DNA of 43,039 nucleotides from a virus (Duplodnaviria > Caudoviricetes): positions 1-43,039 of the IMG/VR virus record IMGVR_UViG_3300043608_000005; one strand, 5' to 3'. Both the position numbers and the translations under genes were made by a program. Under the pieces are notes generated by a model. It had not been told where the DNA came from, did no database searches, and was given only the letters and a program-made list of their open reading frames with translations. Position 1 is the stretch's first letter; each line of letters begins with the position of its first letter. Shown one piece after another: positions 25,681-33,953 of the stretch.

Positions 25681-28175
25681 CGCTTCTTGCTCTGGTTGGT
25701 GCGCTGCTTGAGCGCCATGGACAGCCCCTGAAACCTGGCCTGCGTAGCCGACGCTGCGCCGCGTACGCCGGGGCTGATCGACTGCGACTGACCCGCCTCG
25801 CGCGGCACACCCGCGCGCGCGTACGCACCCGCATCCAGCGCCTGGACGTCGATCACCCCAGCGAAAGGCGTTCCATTGAACACCGGCGTCACGTTGCGCC
25901 CAGCCGAAGCAACGCTGAATAGGTAGTCGCACCAGATCCAGTTTTTGAGCTCGAGCGGGTCGTCGCCGTAAAGCGGCTGATACTGCACATCCCACTCTAG
26001 AAAGCTGCTTTGGCTGTTCCAGCCTCCGAAGCTCGGGGTCCCTGATGGCACTGAGATCGCGAACAACACCCGAGCCTCGCCGGAAAGCGGCGCGCGCTGC
26101 ATGGAGATCGCGGTCACGCGAGTCAACGCGGCTGCGCCGTTCAGGTATGTCCAACCGCGCTGCGAAGTGTTGAACACGTAGACCGTGTTTGATGACGAAT
26201 CGGCGTTTTCGCCCAGCGCGAGCAGCACCTCGTCGTCGGTCTCGTTGCGCTCTACGATGAGTCCGCGATCTTCGCTGTAACGGGTGCCCGGCAACACATC
26301 GCCAACGACTTTGTTCGTCAGGTTTGTGATCGTTCCCGCGGAATCCACCTCGCAGAACCCGCTGTTGAAATAGCCGTACACGCTCTCATTGAGAGCAGTC
26401 ATCGCCTGCGGCCCGGCAAGAATCAGCGTGCTGTTCGCGTAGTCACGTTGCCAGTTGCCGAGCCCAAGCGCGCCAGCGTCTCCGCTCAACCGGAACACGC
26501 CGTCAGAACACGCGAGCCAAACAGCGTCGCGCGTCGACTCCATCGCGTACAGCTCGCCGAAGCCTACGAAGTCCTCGCTCACGCTCGGCGCGTGCTCTGG
26601 CTGCTGCTCCTTCGCCCAAGCGATGCGGTTCTTGCTGGTAATCGGTACGATCGTTTTTACGGTCGCGCCAATCTCCGGAATCGCTGGCGAGTAGTTCTGG
26701 CCGTTGGTGCCGCGAATCGTGATGTTCGTGTCGAGCGGGTGAAGGTTCGTCTCCACCGTGTACTCGAACGCGGTCAGCATGTTGCCGCCGCCAGTCGGTG
26801 GCACAGGCGGCCCAGTCACCTCGTACGCGTTGAACATCGTCGTCAACATGCCAGCGGCGCCATCGAGGTAGACGAGCGTGCCGTTGATTTCGAACATGTC
26901 GATCAGCGAAAACGTTGTGCCGTTTGCCAGCGCGTTCGCCGACATGGTGATGGTCGTCGCCGTCACCGATAGGACGCGGTCGCTGAACACGAACTGTCCG
27001 CCGCCGAACCATCGCTGACCTGGCACGATGCCGACCATGTCTGCCGCGCTTACGCCGGTGATGGTTGGCGAGCCGATACTGACAGTGCCAGCGCCGGTGC
27101 GGTTTCCGATCCCGTACTGCTTGAAGCCAGCCGCTGTCAGACCAGCGGCTACAGCTTCACTCTGGCGCCCAAAGCCGCCCGGAACGGTCCACCTCCACTG
27201 CGCGCGCTCAGTCGTGTGACCGTAGAACGCAAAACCCTTGAAGCTGGTGACACACTTCGCGATCGGCGGCCTGCGGTTCGCGTAGAGCTCGCCCTCTTGG
27301 CCGGGGTTCGTGTAGAGCTCTTCGCCCGGAGAGACCGTGGTCCCTGCAACGTACGGCTGCGTGTCTTTGAACTGCACGAAGTTCGCTGCCGCTTCCGCAG
27401 ACGTGATCGTGTGCACGAAGACGCGTTTGTACGTACTTCCGGGGTCCGTAAAGTAGTTCGTTGTGGCCAGTGCGTCGGTGCGGTAGACCTCGATCTTGTC
27501 GCCGGCCTAGATGTCGAGCGCAGCGACCCAGAACAGATCGAACCGCGGGTTAGTGCCGGCCGACGTCAGCGTGCCGTGCATCGCTTTGTACGGTGGACTG
27601 GGAACCGACCTCAGCGTGTAGCCGTTGGCGAGCTCGCGGACCACGCAGAACCTGTACGCGACCATCTGGCCGCCGAGTAGCCAGCCGTTGCCAGTGTCTA
27701 CAAGGTTATGCGTGAAGCGATTCAACTGCGGTAAACCCGCAGTGCGCAGCGCACGCTCAGCGGCCGACGTCGGCGCCATGTAGTCGCCAACCAAGAACCC
27801 GCGTGTCCCGTTCACCAGCAAACGCTCGGCCACACGCGCCCACGAGATGCGCCCCGTGCTCGAGAACGCGTTTACGTTCGAGCCGATGAAGCTGGCCGTG
27901 TTGACGCCACAGAACACGCTCCACACGGTGCCGATTTCGCAGAACGAGTAGACCTCGCCGTTGTCGAGCGGCGCCTGCTTGTGGATGACGCGATCCACGC
28001 CGCCGACGCTCACAGAACCCTGAATCCCAGGCGCTTGCACCAGCTCACCAGGGTTACGCATCGTCACGTTGCGGACGACCCTGCCCGCGCCGCTCGGGTA
28101 ATGCGCGTATTGGCTCGGCTGCGTGACCAGCCCGACCGGAGAAAACACTTCCTGGCGTGGGAGGAAGATGCCCAT
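25677..28175 (-). CDS. tail tubular protein B / nozzle-like protein interrupted by one in-frame TAG (27507-27509)
   Basis: Two track ORFs share one frame: ...AALDI*AGDKIEVYRTD...; beta-propeller-like; ELYTNPGQEG...ANRRPP; follows the adaptor gene. Confidence 0.7.
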
Positions 28176-28927
28176 CAGAAGCGCCAATCGTTGCGAGCGA
28201 TCTCGAGGAAGCGCGCGCGCTCCGCGTCTGTCATCGGCGGCGAGATCACGCCCCACTGCGCGATCAGAAAGTCGGCGCTCGAAGTCCACCCGGTAGCGAA
28301 GCCGCCAACGGCTGCTTGTGTAGTCGCCGTAGTTACGGCGCCGGCCCCGCCTGTCGCCACGATCGCGTTGTCGATGCGAAGGCGCTTGAGCGAGTCCTCG
28401 CCTAGATCGACGGAGAACATGTGCGGGGAGGCTGTGTCTGTGAACGCTGACGGAACATTGCCGCCGGCATAGCCGACCATGGCGCTCGCATCCGCGTCGA
28501 ACGACGCCCCAGACTGAGTGCTAGCCGCCGTGTCAACCACGCCGCAGACGGCCCCAGTCACGACCAGCGTGTTTGCTCTGCCGATCAGGAAACCCTCTAC
28601 CCTTGTGCCAACCGGCACAAGGTTCGAGATCTTCTCAGCCTGCATGCATAGGTGATTGGTGGGCGAGAGTCGGATCACACCAGCGCCGCCGAAGTGACCG
28701 AAGCCGTCCACCTCAACGCGCGGCCGGCGCACCACGCTTGGTGCGCGCACACGGATGCCGCCAACAGCTGCGCCGTGTGAGATCCAGCGGCCAGGCGCAA
28801 ACTCGCCGCCGCTGCGCACGTCGAACAGCAGCCGCAGCTTCGAGCCGAGCAGCACCTGATAGTCTGCAGGTGGAGCTGGTGGGCTCGGCGGAATGCGCCG
28901 AAGGATGCCTGGGGGAGCGATGGCCAT
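28175..28927 (-). CDS. LamG/concanavalin-like virion protein
   Basis: Beta-rich, RLRIDN...VGG...IAQWGVI...MTDAER. Confidence 0.55.
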   Translation of the reverse strand: MAIAPPGILRRIPPSPPAPPADYQVLLGSKLRLLFDVRSGGEFAPGRWISHGAAVGGIRVRAPSVVRRPRVEVDGFGHFGGAGVIRLSPTNHLCMQAEKISNLVPVGTRVEGFLIGRANTLVVTGAVCGVVDTAASTQSGASFDADASAMVGYAGGNVPSAFTDTASPHMFSVDLGEDSLKRLRIDNAIVATGGAGAVTTATTQAAVGGFATGWTSSADFLIAQWGVISPPMTDAERARFLEIARNDWRF

Positions 28928-29889
28928 CAGCGGCGGCTCATGGGCAGCAGTGGAAGGACCTTCGGCTGCGACTTCACCTGCGGGCGGCTCGAGTTGCGGA
29001 AGCGTTTGAGGTCCGCCTCAACCACCTGCGCGAGTGATTGGATCTTCTCCTCCACGCCGATGTCTCGAACGATCTCCGCTGCCGCGCGGTTCGCTACCAT
29101 GCGGTGCGCTTCCTGCGGCAAGCCCATCGGCCAATCAGTCTGGTCGGCCACTCGGATGAAATCGCCGACCCTTACGCGCTGCAGGCTTTGGGTGCCGCCG
29201 AACGTCATCACCGCGCCGGAGAACGTCTGAACGAGTGAGTACGCCGCCAGAGCGAACGTGCCGTTCGGGCGCACAACATCCACCGTCTGATTGCCAGACG
29301 TGATCGCGGCCGGAGGGCTCAGCGACTGGTCGAAGGGGACGGTGCTAAACGTCACCTGCCGGCTTGCGATGGCCGAGATATCCGTGATGAGCCCACGCAA
29401 TACGCCGTCGCCGCCTAGCGCGGAACTCTGCGAGGTAACCAGCTGCGAGGGCCGAATGTAGAACGCGAAGCGGATGGTGTACGCCGCGTCTGGCGACGGC
29501 ATCAGCCGCACAAAGCCGTCCTCCACGACGTAGCGCAGCGGTCGACCGGGCTTGGTAAGCCCCATGTCGAACAACTCGGAGCCGTACACTTCGGCCCTGT
29601 CGAGCGGAGTCCAGGTCACCGCGCCAGGGAGCAGAATGCAGAGATTCTCGAATGCGCCGCCGACCGCGCGGCTCGGCACTGGGTACATCTGCTGTCCAAC
29701 CGCGCACGTGCGGAACTCGAACTGAACGCCGTAGCCCGCGCGCGCGCGGATCTCTTCTTCGCCCATCAGCGAGCAATGGCGTTCGGTGAGCTCGGCGAGG
29801 ACCCTCGAGTCGGGCCAGTCGGGCCACGCCGCAGCCGAGCCGATGCCTGCGGCCTTGCGCGCGCGGTCAACGAGTTCATCTGACCTCAT
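28927..29889 (-). CDS. head-tail adaptor / tail tubular protein A-like
   Basis: SDELVDRAR...MYPVPSRAVG...GRPLRY...RLMPSPD..YTIRF...LPQEAHRMVA adaptor pattern. Confidence 0.65.
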   Translation of the reverse strand: MRSDELVDRARKAAGIGSAAAWPDWPDSRVLAELTERHCSLMGEEEIRARAGYGVQFEFRTCAVGQQMYPVPSRAVGGAFENLCILLPGAVTWTPLDRAEVYGSELFDMGLTKPGRPLRYVVEDGFVRLMPSPDAAYTIRFAFYIRPSQLVTSQSSALGGDGVLRGLITDISAIASRQVTFSTVPFDQSLSPPAAITSGNQTVDVVRPNGTFALAAYSLVQTFSGAVMTFGGTQSLQRVRVGDFIRVADQTDWPMGLPQEAHRMVANRAAAEIVRDIGVEEKIQSLAQVVEADLKRFRNSSRPQVKSQPKVLPLLPMSRR

Positions 29890-30410
29890 CGCTGCCACCA
29901 GCGCTGCGACTGCCGCGGATCGTAGTACTCGAGTTCATCCCACGGCGCCTTCGCGTCGAGGCCCGCCTGCTCGGGGTTGTAGTACTCGAGCGTGCCCGGA
30001 TCATCGAGCTGGAAGCCCCCTGCGTCCGGAAGGCGGCTCGGATCAGGCGGCTTGCTCAGACCAGCGTCGTAGAGCCCGCCCGCGAGCTGCGTGGCGTTCT
30101 GCACGAACGGCACGAAGTCCATGGGGTTCACGTCGAAGTTTTCTTCGGCGTACTTGTCGACTTCGTTCTGGCGTTCCTTCGCGTCGATCGGTCCATACGA
30201 GCTGTCCCAGAAGTCAGCGCCGCGCGGGGCCGGCGCGGTCAGGCTCTTGGCGAAGTCCACCGTGTGACCGCGCGCGGTCTTCTGCGCGATGCGCTGCTGC
30301 TCCTCGAGGAACTTGCGCTTGCGATCCTTCGCGGTCGCAGCGTTGTAGATCGCGCCGCCGAGGCTTCCCGCGGTGCCGAGTCCGAGCGCTGCGATCGTGA
30401 ATGGATCCAT
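29886..30410 (-). CDS. small internal virion protein
   Basis: MDPFTIAALGLGTAGSLGG N-terminus typical of podovirus pilot proteins; GAGGTG RBS. Confidence 0.55.
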   Translation of the reverse strand: MDPFTIAALGLGTAGSLGGAIYNAATAKDRKRKFLEEQQRIAQKTARGHTVDFAKSLTAPAPRGADFWDSSYGPIDAKERQNEVDKYAEENFDVNPMDFVPFVQNATQLAGGLYDAGLSKPPDPSRLPDAGGFQLDDPGTLEYYNPEQAGLDAKAPWDELEYYDPRQSQRWWQR

Positions 30411-30472
30411 GACACCTCAAATAAGCGGCCAATGATTCCAGGGACTTGCGGGCTTGTTTTCCTCGAGGAAAC

Positions 30473-30512
30473 GCGCCGGCCGGGGTGAAAGGGGAAAGCC
30501 CCCGACCGGCGC
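30473..30512 (-). terminator. GC-rich stem-loop after the capsid block
   Basis: Minus strand GCGCCGGTCGGGG...CCCCGGCCGGCGC followed by GTTT. Confidence 0.5.
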
Positions 30513-30522
30513 CCAGGTTGAT

Positions 30523-30873
30523 TCACCAGTTGTCGTCGATGACCGCGGGCGTCACCGATTGCACGATCGTCGCCGACCACTTCGCCGTGTGTCCGACGCC
30601 GAGCAACTTCTCGAGCTTCGCGGTTACGTGCTCGTGAAGCGCGAGTCCGTACAGGTCGTACGCCCCGCCGGTCTGCGACCTGATTACGCCGTTCGCGATG
30701 TAGTTTCCGTAGCTCGGCCCGTCCGACGGATTGCCGCCGTCGTCGACATCGGACAGCCCAGGCGCCTGGACGACTGCCAAGAACCACCCGCCGTATGAAC
30801 CCGCAACATCCTCGTACGCCACCTTGACGGCATACGAGTTTGTTGCGGCGGTTTTTGCGTTGTGTGTTGCCAT
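30523..30873 (-). CDS. hypothetical protein (possible capsid accessory)
   Basis: Directly after the capsid gene and before the terminator. Confidence 0.6.
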   Translation of the reverse strand: MATHNAKTAATNSYAVKVAYEDVAGSYGGWFLAVVQAPGLSDVDDGGNPSDGPSYGNYIANGVIRSQTGGAYDLYGLALHEHVTAKLEKLLGVGHTAKWSATIVQSVTPAVIDDNW

Positions 30874-30880
30874 GGATCGC

Positions 30881-32227
30881 TCACGGGGCGGGGACGTCGA
30901 AGCCGCCGGCCAAAACGGTGAAGTTGAACATGCGGCCCGAGAACAGCGGCCGAGTCAGCAGCGGCGCGAACTGCGCCATTGCCCGCATCTCGGTGCCCGA
31001 GAGGTTCGCGAGCTCGAGCACGAGGCCCTCGCCGTTGACGCCCTCTTGGCGCTGCTCCGATGCGCCGATGCGCACCGCGTCACCGCGCGCGATCACCAGC
31101 AGTTCGCCCTGCTTGATGTAGCCGTAGCTGTGAAAGACGAACTTGCCGATCTCAGTGTCGACTTCCAACGCGCCGGTGCCCACGACCTTCTTCGTGGTTC
31201 CGCCGTTGTCGTTCCAGCGCGACTGAGAGTTGAGTGAGTTGCTCAGCACGGACATCACTGGCGGAGCGCCCCACACGTCGAACACGCCCTGCTCGAAGCC
31301 GCTACCCTTCAGCTTGCCGGCGAACTGCACGAGCAAGTCGAAGCTGATCGCGACCGCGCCGCAGTCGAACATCTGCGGGCGCCAGTGCACGTTCGCAGTG
31401 TTGTCGATGCCGGCGAAGTTGCCGACCGTCTGCATGATGCCCGACATGCCAAGAGCCGACGAACCCACCCAGCCCTTGGGAACGATGCGATCGCCCGCAG
31501 TCACCGCGGCGCCTGGAGTCGACGACAGCGCCGTTTCCTCCATCTGCACCTGGCACTTGTTCGGGTTCACAACGCCGATGACTCGGATGTTCGACGTGCG
31601 CAGCGTGGTGCCGTCCGACTGGTAGATGTCGACCAGCATGCCCTTGTCGGTATCCCCACCCGATCCGCTGTTCATCCACAGCAGTTTCGCCCAGCTCGCG
31701 CCGGTGATGCGCACGGTCGGAGGCGTCGCCGAGTTGTAGTTCGGGCCGCCTGCAGCCGTTGGCGTCGCGTCGATCACGCCGATGTCACAACCCATGGTGC
31801 TGGCCGTGCCAGCGCCATAGAGCGACATCATTTCGCTGTGGTGCTGCAAGCCGAGCAGCATCGAGTAGTAGACCCAGTCCGGGCCCGTCGAGTACGCTGC
31901 GGCGCTGCCCGAATCGCTCGCCCCGTTGCTCATCTTCATGAGGTCCGAGTACGAGAGCTGCTCCTGCATGTAGAGGTTGACGCCATCGAGCTCGGCTCGA
32001 AGGTTTTTGCCGCTACGCGCGCCGTTCAGCGTGACTACACCGCCGGTGTTGTCGACCGTCGCGCCTTGCGAGATCGCCACCAAGATCGGCATGCTGAACT
32101 TCTCGCCGCTCTTGTCGTCGGAACCGACGAACGGCAGAGACATCGTGAACGTATTCGGAGGCAGAATCGGGCGTTGCCAGTCGCCGTAGCGAGTGGTGAG
32201 CAACGCACTGAGCGTTGATGCGGACAT
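30881..32227 (-). CDS. major capsid protein
   Basis: 448 aa; position after portal and scaffold, own leader, downstream terminator; FAGID....HW motif. Confidence 0.75.
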   Translation of the reverse strand: MSASTLSALLTTRYGDWQRPILPPNTFTMSLPFVGSDDKSGEKFSMPILVAISQGATVDNTGGVVTLNGARSGKNLRAELDGVNLYMQEQLSYSDLMKMSNGASDSGSAAAYSTGPDWVYYSMLLGLQHHSEMMSLYGAGTASTMGCDIGVIDATPTAAGGPNYNSATPPTVRITGASWAKLLWMNSGSGGDTDKGMLVDIYQSDGTTLRTSNIRVIGVVNPNKCQVQMEETALSSTPGAAVTAGDRIVPKGWVGSSALGMSGIMQTVGNFAGIDNTANVHWRPQMFDCGAVAISFDLLVQFAGKLKGSGFEQGVFDVWGAPPVMSVLSNSLNSQSRWNDNGGTTKKVVGTGALEVDTEIGKFVFHSYGYIKQGELLVIARGDAVRIGASEQRQEGVNGEGLVLELANLSGTEMRAMAQFAPLLTRPLFSGRMFNFTVLAGGFDVPAP

Positions 32228-32433
32228 TGATGAACCTCGAACGATGGAGAGGTGAGCCGTCTCACCGCTGTCCGTTCGGGTTCAGTCACCAGCGCGGGGG
32301 CACTGCGTGGGCTTGTCGGAGGGCTCTTAGGCCACGATTCCCACTGTCCCGCCGCCTGGGCTTTCGTCCCGGATGCGTAGCTACCAACAGGGTTTGACGA
32401 CCACTGCCAGTAGCCACAACAAACCTGACACAA
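32228..32433 (-). ncRNA. structured 5' leader / cis-regulatory RNA candidate upstream of the capsid gene
   Basis: Four stem-loops visible, including a GAAA tetraloop hairpin and a long hairpin occluding the RBS. Confidence 0.55.
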
Positions 32434-32661
32434 TCACGACCCAGCAGCAATAACGCGCTCGAGCTCCGACAGCTCATACAGCGGCCTTCCGCCTGCGATC
32501 CTCACCGCGCGGATTCGGCCGTCTTTTTCCCAGTTTCGCAGCGTGCGCGGGCTGCGCCGCAGCAGCTTCGCCGCTTCCGCAGGCTTCAGCAGCTGCGGCA
32601 GTTCGCGGCAGGTTGTGTCATCTGGTGGAAGCTGTGGAGCGTGGTCGGTCATGATCACCAT
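32434..32661 (-). CDS. MerR/Xis-type (HTH_17, BldC-like) DNA-binding protein
   Basis: LLKPAEAAKLLRRSPRTLRNWEKDGRIRAVRIAGGRPLY; start may be 32652. Confidence 0.8.
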   Translation of the reverse strand: MVIMTDHAPQLPPDDTTCRELPQLLKPAEAAKLLRRSPRTLRNWEKDGRIRAVRIAGGRPLYELSELERVIAAGS

Positions 32662-33953
32662 TTGGGCAACTTGAACTCATGGGCGAAGTTTTCCGCGTGC
32701 CACTGCTTGGGCTTGCCGTTGCCGGGCATCCTGCCGCCGCCCGACAAAGAGGGGCTGAAGGTCTGCTGTTGCCCACCTTGGCCCGCCGGCGTGCCGCCGC
32801 CCATCCTGCGGCGCTCGATCTCCTTGAGCTTCTCTTTGGCCGCGCGTGCGGCCCGGACCACCAGCTCGGGGGTGACGCGTGTAGCGCTCTCCTGCTGGAT
32901 CAGCGCGTTGAGGTGAGCGTCAAACTCCTGGCGCTGTACCGGATCATCGTGCTTGAGCCCGAACTTCTCGAAGGCCCGGGGGCGGAGCTGCTCGAGCTGC
33001 TTGCGCTGCGTGGCGTAGTACTCTTGCTGCTGGTCGTCTGACTGCTTGCGCTGGGTCTCCCTCTTCAGCCGCTCGTTTTCGAGCCGCACGGCGCGGTGGT
33101 GCGCGTCGGATTCTCGCTGTTGCCTGCGGCGCGTCCATTCCTTGTTGATCGCCTCCTGCACGCGGTGGTCCTTCACGTGTGCGGGGTTCGCCGGGTCGAG
33201 GCGCATGCGGCGCATGATCGCGAGGCCCATGCCGTTCGCCGCGTCTACGTCCTCCTGCCGCTCGCGATCCATGCGGCCATAGAGGTGCTCGAGCTGCTTG
33301 AACTTGCCGGCGCGGCTGTAGATCTCATACATCGCCTCGCCGCCAGCGGCGCCGTTGTCCGCGTCGTTGAAAATCGCGTCAAAGTGCGAGGTGAAATGCT
33401 GCTCGCGCTGCGCCCATTCGTCGCGCTCGCGCTTGATCGCCTGCATCGCGCGCGAATGGTCTCGCTCCCGCATGCGTCCGGCGATCGCCTCTTCATATGG
33501 CTCGTGCTCGAACTCCTCGCCGTTCTTCAGCTTCACCAGCTTCGAATAGAACTCCTCCGGCATCTCCTCGGACTCGAGCCACTTCTTGGCCTTCGCCAAC
33601 AACTCCAGGTCTTCGGGCGTGATCTGCGGCTGGTCGGTCTGACCCTCCTGCTGCTCGCCGCCCTCGGCAGGCGGTGGAGCGCTCGGATCGAGCAGCGCTT
33701 GGGCCTCGGCCGCGGCGTTCGCCTGGACCTGCTCCAGCGACTGCTTGGGGGCCGGCTGGACGGTCTTGGCCACGGGCGGAGGCTGCGGAGGCGCCGGTTG
33801 GTTCAGGCCCTTGGACTGCTGCTCCAGCGCCTTCACGCGCTGGTTCACGCGGTCCTGGAACTCGTGGTAGCTGCCCCCGGTATGGACTACGCGATCGACT
33901 GCCGGCGCCGAGCTCGGCGCCGGAGTAGTGGTGCTCTGGTTCTCGTCGCTCAT
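32655..33953 (-). CDS. scaffolding-like protein
   Basis: Pro/Gln-rich N-terminus, VKLKNGEE, charged coiled coils; between portal and capsid. Confidence 0.65.
   Translation of the reverse strand: MSDENQSTTTPAPSSAPAVDRVVHTGGSYHEFQDRVNQRVKALEQQSKGLNQPAPPQPPPVAKTVQPAPKQSLEQVQANAAAEAQALLDPSAPPPAEGGEQQEGQTDQPQITPEDLELLAKAKKWLESEEMPEEFYSKLVKLKNGEEFEHEPYEEAIAGRMRERDHSRAMQAIKRERDEWAQREQHFTSHFDAIFNDADNGAAGGEAMYEIYSRAGKFKQLEHLYGRMDRERQEDVDAANGMGLAIMRRMRLDPANPAHVKDHRVQEAINKEWTRRRQQRESDAHHRAVRLENERLKRETQRKQSDDQQQEYYATQRKQLEQLRPRAFEKFGLKHDDPVQRQEFDAHLNALIQQESATRVTPELVVRAARAAKEKLKEIERRRMGGGTPAGQGGQQQTFSPSLSGGGRMPGNGKPKQWHAENFAHEFKLPKW

Noticed and set aside
25677-28175. Genome-wide TAG recoding
   Set aside because: Several early and late genes terminate at TAG, no other gene appears split, and no suppressor tRNA is seen
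32325-32400. c-di-GMP-I riboswitch (CAAACC...GGGACG-AAAGCC...GGCCTAA look-alike words on the minus strand)
   Set aside because: Spacing and pairing do not fit the GEMM two-stem architecture by eye; kept only as an unnamed structured leader pending cmscan
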